From Vicinamibacterales bacterium (GTDB lineage: Bacteria; Acidobacteriota; Vicinamibacteria; Vicinamibacterales; UBA2999), in assembly GCA_050187355.1 (NCBI GenBank), contig JBFWXO010000005.1, forward strand, positions 18,502-82,501: a stretch of 64,000 bases of DNA. Direction: 5' to 3'. The notes under the pieces are model-generated. The model was not told the DNA's origin and ran no database searches. It worked only from the letters and a program-made list of their open reading frames with translations. The translations under genes and the position numbers were made by a program. Shown piece by piece: positions 56,493 to 64,000 of the stretch. The number at the start of each line of letters is the position of its first letter. Within the stretch, counting starts at the first letter, position 1.

Positions 56493-57578
56493 CTACCCGT
56501 TCTTCCGCTCGAACTCCCGCATGAAGTCCACGAGGGCCGTGATGCCGGCCTCCGGGAAGGCGTTGTAGATCGAGGCCCGCATGCCCCCCACCGACCGGTG
56601 CCCCTTCAGGCCGTCGAGGCCAGCGGCCGTCGACTCCTTCACGAACTGCTTCTCGAGCTCTTCCGACGGGAGCCGGAACGTGATGTTCATGCGCGACCGG
56701 CTGTCCTTGGCCGCCGTGCCCCGGTAGAACCCGGTGCGGTCGATCTCGGCGTACAGGGCCGCCGCCTTCCGTTCGTTCGTCGCCGCGACCGCGGACAGGC
56801 CGCCCTGGGCGAGCGCCCACTTCATCACGAGGCCCATCAGGTAGATGCCGAAGCACGGCGGCGTGTTGTACATCGACCCGTTCTCGGCGTGGGTCTTGTA
56901 GTTGAGCATCGTGTGGAGCGACGGGCTGGACCGCGCCAGCAGGTCCTCGCGCACGATGACCAGCGTGACCCCGGACGGGCCGAGGTTCTTCTGGGCGCCG
57001 GCATAGATGAGGCCGTACTTCGACACGTCGATGGGGCGGCTGAACACGTCCGACGAGGCGTCGGCCACGAGCGGCGCGTCGCCCGGGGACGGTTCGGAGG
57101 CCCACTCCGTCCCGAACAGCGTGTTGTTGGTGGTGAAGTGCACGTAGGCGGCGCCCGGCGTGAGCGTCAGCTCGTCCTGCCGCGGGATGCGCGCGAAGTT
57201 CTCGCCCTCGGTCGAGCCCGCGACGTGCACGGTCCCGACCCGCTTGGCCTCCTTCACCGCCTTCTGCGACCAGCCGCCCGTCACGATGTAGTCCGCGGTG
57301 GCGCCCGGCGTCAGGAGGTTCAGCGGCACCATCGAGAACTGCATCGACGCGCCGCCCTGCAGGAACAGCACCTTGTAGTGGTCGGGCACGCCGCCGAGGG
57401 TCCGGAGATCGGCCTCGGCGTTGGCGAGAATCGCCTCGAACGTCTTCGAGCGGTGGCTGATCTCGAGCACCGACATCCCGACGCCGGGCAGCGAGACCAG
57501 GTCGCGCTGGGCTTCGAGGAGCACGGGCTCGGGAAGGATGGCGGGGCCGGCGGAGAAGTTGTGAATGCGGTTGGTCAT
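56493..57578 (-). CDS. serC: phosphoserine aminotransferase
   Basis: 361 aa. MTNRIHNFSAGPAILPEPVLLEAQRDL...EISHRSKTF... is the canonical SerC. Confidence 0.93.
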   Translation of the reverse strand: MTNRIHNFSAGPAILPEPVLLEAQRDLVSLPGVGMSVLEISHRSKTFEAILANAEADLRTLGGVPDHYKVLFLQGGASMQFSMVPLNLLTPGATADYIVTGGWSQKAVKEAKRVGTVHVAGSTEGENFARIPRQDELTLTPGAAYVHFTTNNTLFGTEWASEPSPGDAPLVADASSDVFSRPIDVSKYGLIYAGAQKNLGPSGVTLVIVREDLLARSSPSLHTMLNYKTHAENGSMYNTPPCFGIYLMGLVMKWALAQGGLSAVAATNERKAAALYAEIDRTGFYRGTAAKDSRSRMNITFRLPSEELEKQFVKESTAAGLDGLKGHRSVGGMRASIYNAFPEAGITALVDFMREFERKNG

Positions 57579-57651
57579 GGCAGGAAGGCCCCGGCGGGGC
57601 GTGAAGACGTTCGGATGATGACAGAGACGCGCGCGGCTGGCCGGGGACGCG

Positions 57652-58866
57652 TCACACCAGGTGGCTGAGCACGCCGTCCCTCAGCTTCGGCTCGAACCAG
57701 GTCGACTTGGGCGGCATCGTCCCCCCGGCGTCCGACACGAGCATCAGGTCGTCCACCGAGACGGGCACGTGCGAGAAGGCAACGGCGTAGGCTCCGCCGT
57801 CCACGAGCCGTTCGAGCTCCGCCGTGCCGCGGATGCCCCCGACGAAGTCGATGCGCTTGTCCGTGCGGACGTCGTGGATGCCGAGCACGGGCCCCAGCAC
57901 CTGGTCCTGCAGGCGGCTGACGTCGAGCGCCAGGTCCACCGCCAGTCCCGCCGGCGCCGGCCCGAAGTCCAGCGTCGTCCACGCGCCCTCGAGATACATC
58001 GCCACGAGGCCCTTGCGCGCCGGCGTGGCCGCGCCGGGGCCGGACACCGTCACGCGCGACGCGAGGGCCTGGCGGAACGCCGCCGGCGAGAGCCCGTTCA
58101 GGTCGCGCACGACGCGGTTGTACGGCAGCACCTGCACCTGCGCGTCGGGAAACGCGACGGCCAGGAACCGCTCGTGCTCGCCCGGGCCCTCGGCCGCCAG
58201 CTGCTGGTGCGCGCGCCAGGCGCTGGCCGCGCGATGGTGTCCGTCGGCGATGTACAGCGCCGGCACGGCCGCGAACGCGGCCACGAGCGCGGCCACCCCG
58301 CCGTCCGGCACGCGCCAGATCACGTGCCGGACCCCATCGGCCGCCGTGAAGTCGAAGAGGGCATCGCCCGACGTCGCGGCCGCCACCACGCGGTCCACCG
58401 CGGGCGAGGTGCGATAGGTGAGGAACACGGGGCCGGTCTGCGCCCGCAGCGTCAGGAGGTGCCGCGTGCGGTCGTCCTCCTTGTCCGGACGCGTCTTCTC
58501 GTGCTTCTTGATGAGGCCCGCCTCGTATTCGGCCACCGAGTAGCAGCCGGCGACGCCGGTCTGCACGTGGTCGCCCATGTGCAGGCGGTACACATACAGG
58601 CTCGGCGTCGTCTCGACCACGAGGGGCGCGGCGCGCCGGAGCCTGTCGAAGTTGTCGGCCGCGCGCTGGTACACGGCGTCGTCGTAGGGCGAGATGCCCG
58701 GCGGGGCCTCGATTTCCGGACGCGAGACGCGAAGGAAGCTCAGCGGCTCGTCGCCGGCCAGCGCCCGGGCTTCCTCCGTGTTCACGACGTCGTAGGGGAC
58801 CGAGGCCACGCGCGCCGCGGTGGAGGGCGTCGGGCGGAGAGCAGCGAAGGGGAAGAGCGCAGCCAT
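57652..58866 (-). CDS. DUF1015 domain-containing protein
   Basis: ATG 58866, MAALFPFAALRPTPSTAARVASVPYDVVNTEEARALA...HEKTRPDKEDDRTRHLL...ADGHHR... is the typical DUF1015 family. The track ORF extends 332 codons upstream without support. Confidence 0.85.
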   Translation of the reverse strand: MAALFPFAALRPTPSTAARVASVPYDVVNTEEARALAGDEPLSFLRVSRPEIEAPPGISPYDDAVYQRAADNFDRLRRAAPLVVETTPSLYVYRLHMGDHVQTGVAGCYSVAEYEAGLIKKHEKTRPDKEDDRTRHLLTLRAQTGPVFLTYRTSPAVDRVVAAATSGDALFDFTAADGVRHVIWRVPDGGVAALVAAFAAVPALYIADGHHRAASAWRAHQQLAAEGPGEHERFLAVAFPDAQVQVLPYNRVVRDLNGLSPAAFRQALASRVTVSGPGAATPARKGLVAMYLEGAWTTLDFGPAPAGLAVDLALDVSRLQDQVLGPVLGIHDVRTDKRIDFVGGIRGTAELERLVDGGAYAVAFSHVPVSVDDLMLVSDAGGTMPPKSTWFEPKLRDGVLSHLV

Positions 58867-58953
58867 GAGAGCCTCACATTCTATCGGGTCCGTCGGGGCC
58901 GCACGGCGCGGACGCCGATTGACCCGCGCCGGGACGGCCGGTACGATGCCCCG

Positions 58954-59688
58954 GTGACCCGAGGCGCCGCCGCGAACGACGCCGGGACTGCTGGTCCGGT
59001 CCGCCGCCGGGGGTCCGTCCGCCTGTGGGCCGTCGCGTCGGTCTGCGCCGTGTCGGTCGCCCTCCTGTCGGCGCAGGCGCGCCACCCCGTCACGGGCCGG
59101 CCGATCGCGCCCGTCATGAGCGTCGACGGCGCCGGGTGGCTCGAGCGGCCGGAACGCGAGGCGGAAGAGGCCACGAGCCGCGCGGTGCGGGCGCTGGAGA
59201 TTTCGCCGGGGCAGGTCGTGGCCGACATCGGGGCGGGATCGGGTTACTACACCGTGCGGATGGCGCGGGAGGTGGGCCCCACCGGCAAGGTGTTCGCGAC
59301 GGACATCCAGCCCGGCATGATCGCCCTGCTGAGGAGGCGGCTGGCGCAGTCGGGCATCACGAACGTGGAGACGGTGCTCGGCGCGCCCGACGATCCGCGC
59401 CTGCCCGCCGACACGCTCGACCTCGCCCTGATGGTGGACGTCTACCACGAGCTGCGCGAGCCCCAGGTCTTCGTGCGGAAGCTCCGGGCGGCGCTGAAGC
59501 GGACCGGCCGCCTGGTGCTGCTCGAGTACCGGAAGGAAGACCCGGCCATCCCGATCCGGCCCGAGCACAAGATGAGCGTCGCCGAGGTCAAGGCGGAGCT
59601 TGAACCCGAAGGCTTCCGCCTCTCGGCCGTGCGGAACGAGCTGCCCTGGCAGCACGTCCTGGTGCTGACCCGCACCGACGCGCCCTGA
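58954..59688 (+). CDS. class-I SAM-dependent methyltransferase with N-terminal signal/anchor
   Basis: GTG 58954 guessed as the start. Hydrophobic segment VRLWAVASVCAVSVALLSAQA, then VVADIGAGSGYYTVRMA (motif I)...ATDIQPGMI...LDLALMVDVYHEL...GRLVLLEY. Confidence 0.72.
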   Translation: MTRGAAANDAGTAGPVRRRGSVRLWAVASVCAVSVALLSAQARHPVTGRPIAPVMSVDGAGWLERPEREAEEATSRAVRALEISPGQVVADIGAGSGYYTVRMAREVGPTGKVFATDIQPGMIALLRRRLAQSGITNVETVLGAPDDPRLPADTLDLALMVDVYHELREPQVFVRKLRAALKRTGRLVLLEYRKEDPAIPIRPEHKMSVAEVKAELEPEGFRLSAVRNELPWQHVLVLTRTDAP

Positions 59689-59737
59689 CCGCTTCGGTCT
59701 GGCACGCGGCGTGCTACCTCCCATCCGAGGGGGACGA

Positions 59738-60220
59738 ATGCCTACCAGCAAACCGTCGGCAATTACATCATTCGTGAACTTTCTGCTCGTCGTCGTGGCC
59801 GTCGCGGCGCTGCCGGCCACGGCGCAGGCGCAGGGCGCGGGTGTCCGGGCCGGCGTGTCCATCGATCCCGACCAGTTCTACTTCGGCGGCCACTTCGAGA
59901 CCGACGCGCTGGCCGACCGTGTGCACTTCCGCCCGAACATCGAGGCCGGCCTGGGCAGCGACCTCACGCTCATCGCGCTCAACTTCGAGTTCGTCTACAA
60001 GTTCCCGCGACGGAACCAGTGGCGCATCTACGCGGGCGGCGGCCCGGGCATCAACTTCTACTCGTTCGACCGGGGACCCAATCGCGATCGCGACACCGAG
60101 AGCGACGCGGGCCTCAACTTCCTGGTCGGCGTCGAACAGACGACCGGGCTCTTCTTCGAGTTCAAGATCGGCGCGCTCGACAGCCCGGAGTTGAAGTTCG
60201 GCGTCGGCTGGTCGTTCTGA
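59738..60220 (+). CDS. small outer-membrane beta-barrel protein
   Basis: 160 aa with SD GAGGGGGA. Signal peptide ...VVAVAALPATAQAQG. Alternating strands and a C-terminal ...KFGVGWSF. Confidence 0.7.
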   Translation: MPTSKPSAITSFVNFLLVVVAVAALPATAQAQGAGVRAGVSIDPDQFYFGGHFETDALADRVHFRPNIEAGLGSDLTLIALNFEFVYKFPRRNQWRIYAGGGPGINFYSFDRGPNRDRDTESDAGLNFLVGVEQTTGLFFEFKIGALDSPELKFGVGWSF

Positions 60221-60224
60221 GCCC

Positions 60225-60243
60225 CGGCGCGTCGTGCGCGCCG
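60225..60243. terminator. short GC hairpin between convergent genes
   Basis: CGGCGCG-tcgtg-CGCGCCG: a 7-bp stem with a 5-nt loop, starting 5 nt after the OMP stop. Confidence 0.35.
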
Positions 60244-60266
60244 CCCGGAGGGCCCGCGCGGCCGGC

Positions 60267-61097
60267 TCAGGGCACCCGCGACCAGGCCGTCACCACCACG
60301 GGACCGTTCATCACCGCGCCTGGCCGGGCGGCGTCGTCGAGCATCCCGCGCTCCGTGGCGTCGATCTCGTGGGGCGGCAGCACGGCGACCCCGAGCTCCC
60401 GGGCCATCCGGGCCATCGAGCGCAGGCTGTCGGCCATGTAGCGGCACAACCGATCGGCGTCCCGGCCGGCGAGGGTGCCGTGGACGTCGATGCCCGGATC
60501 CGGCAGCCCGGCGTCCAGGAACGTGCCCCGCAGGCGCAAGCCCATGTCGGTGCGGCCCCCGGCGGCCTTGATCGTCCGCAGCATCACGTCGAGCAGGTTC
60601 GTGTAGGCGGCCGACGCGGGCCAGGAGTGCCATTCGAGCACCAGCGCGTCGAGGTGCGACTCCATCAGGGCGACGACGCCGCCCGGCCGCACCAGCCTCG
60701 ACGCGTGCCGCAGCGTGGCGGCCGGATCGGGCTGGTGCATCAGCACGAACCGGCCGACGACGGCGTCGACGGGGCCGACATCCAACGCGTCGATCGACGA
60801 TTCCACGAAGGTCAGGTTCCGGCGCCCCGACGCCACGGCGCGGCCACGGGCCGTCGCCACGGCCTCCGGTGCGCGGTCCACGCCGACCACCTCGCCGGTC
60901 GGGCCGACGAAGTCCGAGACGAGCAGCGAGACGTCGCCCGCCCCGCAGCCGACGTCCAGCACGCGCATCCCGGGGCCGATCCCGGCGCGCTCGATCATGG
61001 CAATCGTGGGCGCCTCGAAGATCAGGGCCTGGCGCTCGAGGCGCGCCAGCTCCTCGGGCCCGTGGCCGAGCACGTAGTGCACGCGCGGCCCGGTCAT
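60267..61097 (-). CDS. class-I SAM-dependent methyltransferase
   Basis: ATG 61097 overlaps the upstream stop (ATGA). MTGPRVHYVLGHGPEELARLERQA...MRVLDVGCGAGDVSLLV (motif I)...VGRFVLMH...LVRPGGVVALME. Confidence 0.8.
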   Translation of the reverse strand: MTGPRVHYVLGHGPEELARLERQALIFEAPTIAMIERAGIGPGMRVLDVGCGAGDVSLLVSDFVGPTGEVVGVDRAPEAVATARGRAVASGRRNLTFVESSIDALDVGPVDAVVGRFVLMHQPDPAATLRHASRLVRPGGVVALMESHLDALVLEWHSWPASAAYTNLLDVMLRTIKAAGGRTDMGLRLRGTFLDAGLPDPGIDVHGTLAGRDADRLCRYMADSLRSMARMARELGVAVLPPHEIDATERGMLDDAARPGAVMNGPVVVTAWSRVP

Positions 61098-62044
61098 CGG
61101 CGCCGCGCCTCCAGGTTGAGCTCCCAGGTCTCGAAGACCTGCGCCTTCCCGAACGCCACCTCGGGCGCGCTCACGGCCACCCGCTCGAAGCCGGCCTTCT
61201 CGTAGATGTGCCTGGCGGCGTCGAGGATGTCGTTGGTCCAGAGGGTGATCTTCCGGTAGCCGGCGCGGCGGGCGAACGCGACGCACTCGTCCACCAGGCG
61301 CTGGCCCAGCCCGAGCCCGCGGGCGGCCGGGTCCACGATGAGGAGCCGGAGCTTGGCCACGGTGGCCGACTTCCGGACCAGGCACACCGAACCGGCCGGG
61401 CGGCCGTCCACCTCCGCCATCCAGCACCCCTCGGCGCGCGGATCGAAGCGATCGAGGATCTCCTTGGCCACGCCCGCGACGAAGGCCTCGAACGTGCCGT
61501 CCCAGCCGTACTCCTCGGCGTAGAGCGCGCCGTGGCGGGAGATGATCCAGCCGAAGTCGCCGGGCCGGTGCGGCCGGATCACGACGGCGCGGGGCGCCGC
61601 CTGGCCCGCCACCAGAGCCTCCACCGTCCGCAGCGCCTCCTGCAGCCGCGCCCGGTCGGGCCCCGACAGCGAGGCGACGAGGGCCTGCGCCCGCTCGGCC
61701 GAGCGGGCGTCGAGCCGCTGGAACTCGCGCCGGCCGCCGGCCGTCAGCGACAGGCGCCGCGCCCGGCCGTCTTCGGGGTCGCGGGTCCGCGACACGAGCC
61801 GGGCCCGCAGCAACCGCCCGACGGTCCGGCTGATCTGGGCCGGATCCACCTCGAGGGCCTCGGCCAGCGCGGCCGCGGTCGCCGGGCCGCGTTCCCCGAG
61901 CTCGTACAGCACGCGCGCCTCGGTCAGCGTGTGCGGCGTGTCCAGGAATCGGCCGCCCAGGGCGCCGATCCGGGCCGTGTAGAAGCGGTTGAAGCGCCGC
62001 AGCGCGGCGGTGGTGGCGTCGGGGGCGGGAGCGGGGCTGACCAT
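61094..62044 (-). CDS. fused MarR-type HTH regulator / GNAT N-acetyltransferase
   Basis: The N-terminal half is MarR-like (...TLTEARVLYELGERGPATAAALAEALEVDPAQISRTVGRLLRARLVSRTRDPEDGRARRLSLT). The C-terminal half is GNAT (...LIVDPAARGLGLGQRLVDECVAFARRAGYRKITLWT...AARHIYEKAGF). Start at ATG 62044 or 62080. Confidence 0.85.
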   Translation of the reverse strand: MVSPAPAPDATTAALRRFNRFYTARIGALGGRFLDTPHTLTEARVLYELGERGPATAAALAEALEVDPAQISRTVGRLLRARLVSRTRDPEDGRARRLSLTAGGRREFQRLDARSAERAQALVASLSGPDRARLQEALRTVEALVAGQAAPRAVVIRPHRPGDFGWIISRHGALYAEEYGWDGTFEAFVAGVAKEILDRFDPRAEGCWMAEVDGRPAGSVCLVRKSATVAKLRLLIVDPAARGLGLGQRLVDECVAFARRAGYRKITLWTNDILDAARHIYEKAGFERVAVSAPEVAFGKAQVFETWELNLEARRR

Positions 62045-62125
62045 GGGTCCTCGGCGGCGGGAGGACTCAGGGTCATCCAAATAGATGTCAAAGTCAACTA
62101 TCGGGACCGGGAGCCCGCCGACCGA

Positions 62126-62434
62126 TCAGGCCTCGATCGCCTCCACGGCCGCGTCGAAGTCCTTCATGAGTTGGGGGTCGTTGTCCCGGAACCGGACGGC
62201 GAAGCCCTGGACGCGGTCCACGTAGACCACCTCCGACCGCAGCCGGTACACGCGGCCGCCCAGCCTCACCTCGGTCAGGATCGACGCGCCGACGGGGTTG
62301 CTGGCGTAGGCGTCGATGAAGCAGCCGGCCCGGCTGAGGTCGGTGATGCGGCAGTCCCGCATGCCCGACGCACCGTCCCAGCCGCCCTCGAATGGTCCCA
62401 GCAGGCGCTTGTGGGCTCGGCGTTCGCTCTTCAT
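62126..62434 (-). CDS. single-domain PilZ protein (c-di-GMP receptor motifs present)
   Basis: ATG 62434 gives MKSERRAHKRL... (RxxxR motif) and ...RITDLSRAGCFI (DxSxxG motif). 102 aa. Confidence 0.75.
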   Translation of the reverse strand: MKSERRAHKRLLGPFEGGWDGASGMRDCRITDLSRAGCFIDAYASNPVGASILTEVRLGGRVYRLRSEVVYVDRVQGFAVRFRDNDPQLMKDFDAAVEAIEA

Positions 62435-62565
62435 CGTCTGCACGGTCCTTCCCGGATTCCGGCCGGGGGTGCCGGCGGCGGACGCCCTAGGTATCGGCAC
62501 GAACGAACTCACTCTATGGCGTCCGCAGCCCGACGGTATAGGATTGTGCCCTTCCAGGACCCCTC

Positions 62566-63606
62566 GTGCATCCCGAACTCAAAGAAGCCGTCGAATTCCA
62601 CCGGGCCATTCTGGCCGAGGGCGCAAAGGCGCTCGTCGGCTACGAGTCGGCCAAGGCCCTCGCCAACATCGTCCTGCTGTCGGAGATCCCGACGACGTAC
62701 GACAAGAAGGAAAACCGCCAGGTCAACGCCGGCAACCTGCTGCTGCGAGGCGTGCCGGGCGTGGGCAAGACGTTCTTCGGCGTCATCCTGGCCGCCATCT
62801 CGGACGCCAAGTTCGCCCGGCTCCAGGGACGGGCGGACCTGCAGCCCACCGAAGTCGTCGGCTTCCAGATGATCAACCCGGCCACGGGCGAGCTCATCAC
62901 CGAGTTCGGCCCCCTGGCCTCGGCCGAGGTCATCCTCCTCGACGAGATCAACCGCATCCCGCTCAAGTCGCAGAGCGCGTTCCTCGAGGGCCTGCAGGAC
63001 CGCACGGTCACGGTCGGCAAGACCACCTACGACCTCCCGGCCTTCAGCTTCGCCATCGCCACGATGAACCCCGTCGAGCTGGGACAGGGCACGTTCCCGC
63101 TCTCCGAGGCCGCCACCGACCGGTTCGCCGTGATGATCAACATCGGCTACCTCGCGCCGCAGGAGGAAGCCAAGCTCGTCAACTTCGACTTCAAGCACGT
63201 CCGCCTGAACACGCTGATGCCGAAGGAGCGGATCATCCAGCTCCGCGCCCGGATCAACTCGGAGGTGTTCCTCCACGAACGCCTCGGCACGTACATCCAG
63301 CAGCTCGTGGCCGCCACCCGGCCGTACAACCCCGAGACCGACTGGCTCCGCCACTCCCCGTCCGAGCTCGTCGAACGCGGCGTGGATCTGGGCGCCTCCC
63401 CCCGTGCCATCATCGTGTGGGGCCGCCTGGCCAAGGTCTGGGCCCTGCTGATGCACGAACGCGACGAGGTCTACCCCGAGGACATCCAGGACCTGGCGCC
63501 GTACGTCCTCAGCCACCGGATCTGGCTCGGGCCGCACGCCGCCAGCCACGGCCTCACGCAGGAGTCGGTCGTCAAGGACGTGGTGGCGCGAGTGCCCATT
63601 CCATGA
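62566..63606 (+). CDS. MoxR-family AAA+ ATPase
   Basis: 346 aa, GTG start. Walker A GVPGVGKT, Walker B VILLDEINR, ...ATMNPVE...EAATDRF. Confidence 0.9.
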   Translation: MHPELKEAVEFHRAILAEGAKALVGYESAKALANIVLLSEIPTTYDKKENRQVNAGNLLLRGVPGVGKTFFGVILAAISDAKFARLQGRADLQPTEVVGFQMINPATGELITEFGPLASAEVILLDEINRIPLKSQSAFLEGLQDRTVTVGKTTYDLPAFSFAIATMNPVELGQGTFPLSEAATDRFAVMINIGYLAPQEEAKLVNFDFKHVRLNTLMPKERIIQLRARINSEVFLHERLGTYIQQLVAATRPYNPETDWLRHSPSELVERGVDLGASPRAIIVWGRLAKVWALLMHERDEVYPEDIQDLAPYVLSHRIWLGPHAASHGLTQESVVKDVVARVPIP

Positions 63607-64000
63607 GAACACGCGAGCAGGAAGTCGCGCCGCTCGTCAATCTGTCGGAAATCAGCGAGATCGAGCTCGTCATCCTGAAGCGGATGCGCGAGTTCACGCT
63701 GGGCGAGCACCGCAGCCTCTTCCACGGCTCCGGATTCGACTTCGTCGGCCTCCGCAACTGGGAAGCCGGGGATCGCTTCGAGACGATCGACTGGGCGCAG
63801 TCCAGCCTCACGAACTTCACGCCGCTCGTCGTGCGGGACTTCGAGCAGCCGTCCACGGCGGGCGTGGTGGTGGTGGCCGATCACTCGCGCTCGACGCGCT
63901 GCGGGGTGGACGCCCTGCCCGAGGGCGTGGTCGCGCCGGCCGCGGCCCGCGGCAACGTGCTCATCGCCCACGCCATCGCGCGCGCCGTCGCCACGATCGG
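63603..64000 (+). CDS. DUF58 domain-containing protein, N-terminal fragment (runs off window)
   Basis: ATGA overlap with moxR. ...GEHRSLFHGSGFDFVGLRNWEAGDRFETIDWAQSS... is the typical DUF58 core. Confidence 0.8.
   Translation, partial: MRTREQEVAPLVNLSEISEIELVILKRMREFTLGEHRSLFHGSGFDFVGLRNWEAGDRFETIDWAQSSLTNFTPLVVRDFEQPSTAGVVVVADHSRSTRCGVDALPEGVVAPAAARGNVLIAHAIARAVATI

Overview
This is a very GC-rich bacterial chromosomal segment (judged by eye, not computed). Gene content points to Acidobacteriota: an ADOP duplicated permease next to an acidobacterial-type PadR, a VWFA-related acidobacterial-domain protein, and TonB-dependent receptors with carboxypeptidase-regulatory domains. I call about 56 densely packed CDSs. 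I saw no rRNA, tRNA, CRISPR array, transposase, integrase or phage genes. Recognisable housekeeping genes are purD, rpsU, glgC, eno, gpmA, acs, polA, pcnB, serC, mqnB/mqnD, a methylmalonyl-CoA-mutase catalytic subunit and myo-inositol-1-phosphate synthase. Between them are envelope or accessory blocks. (1) 2095-10903 is a translationally coupled locus: STAS, UbiA (decaprenyl-phosphate phosphoribosyltransferase-like), DUF362, a coiled-coil protein with a disordered tail, and four GT4 glycosyltransferases in mirrored A-B-B'-A' paralog order. (2) 10937-18532 is a minus-strand block: secreted protein, plugless carboxypeptidase-regulatory outer-membrane barrel, histidine kinase with a periplasmic PDZ domain, and a sigma54 enhancer-binding response regulator. 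It carries a near-consensus sigma70 promoter and a correctly spaced sigma54 promoter candidate. (3) 29450-35798 holds two overlapping GT-C-like membrane proteins, a TAT aldo/keto reductase, inositol-phosphate synthase and a degenerate methyltransferase-like gene. (4) 36088-42112 holds a TonB-dependent receptor, ADOP and PadR. (5) 44728-49174 holds a TonB with an HTH-like N-terminus, a membrane protein and a VWA protein, then a BON protein and a DsrE-like protein behind a second sigma54 promoter candidate. (6) 62126-64000 holds PilZ divergent from MoxR-DUF58. My best candidates for an undescribed system are blocks (2) and (1). Both are functional inferences from domain content and gene order, not demonstrated functions. 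The many long ORFs antisense to real genes are GC-driven shadow ORFs and were rejected.
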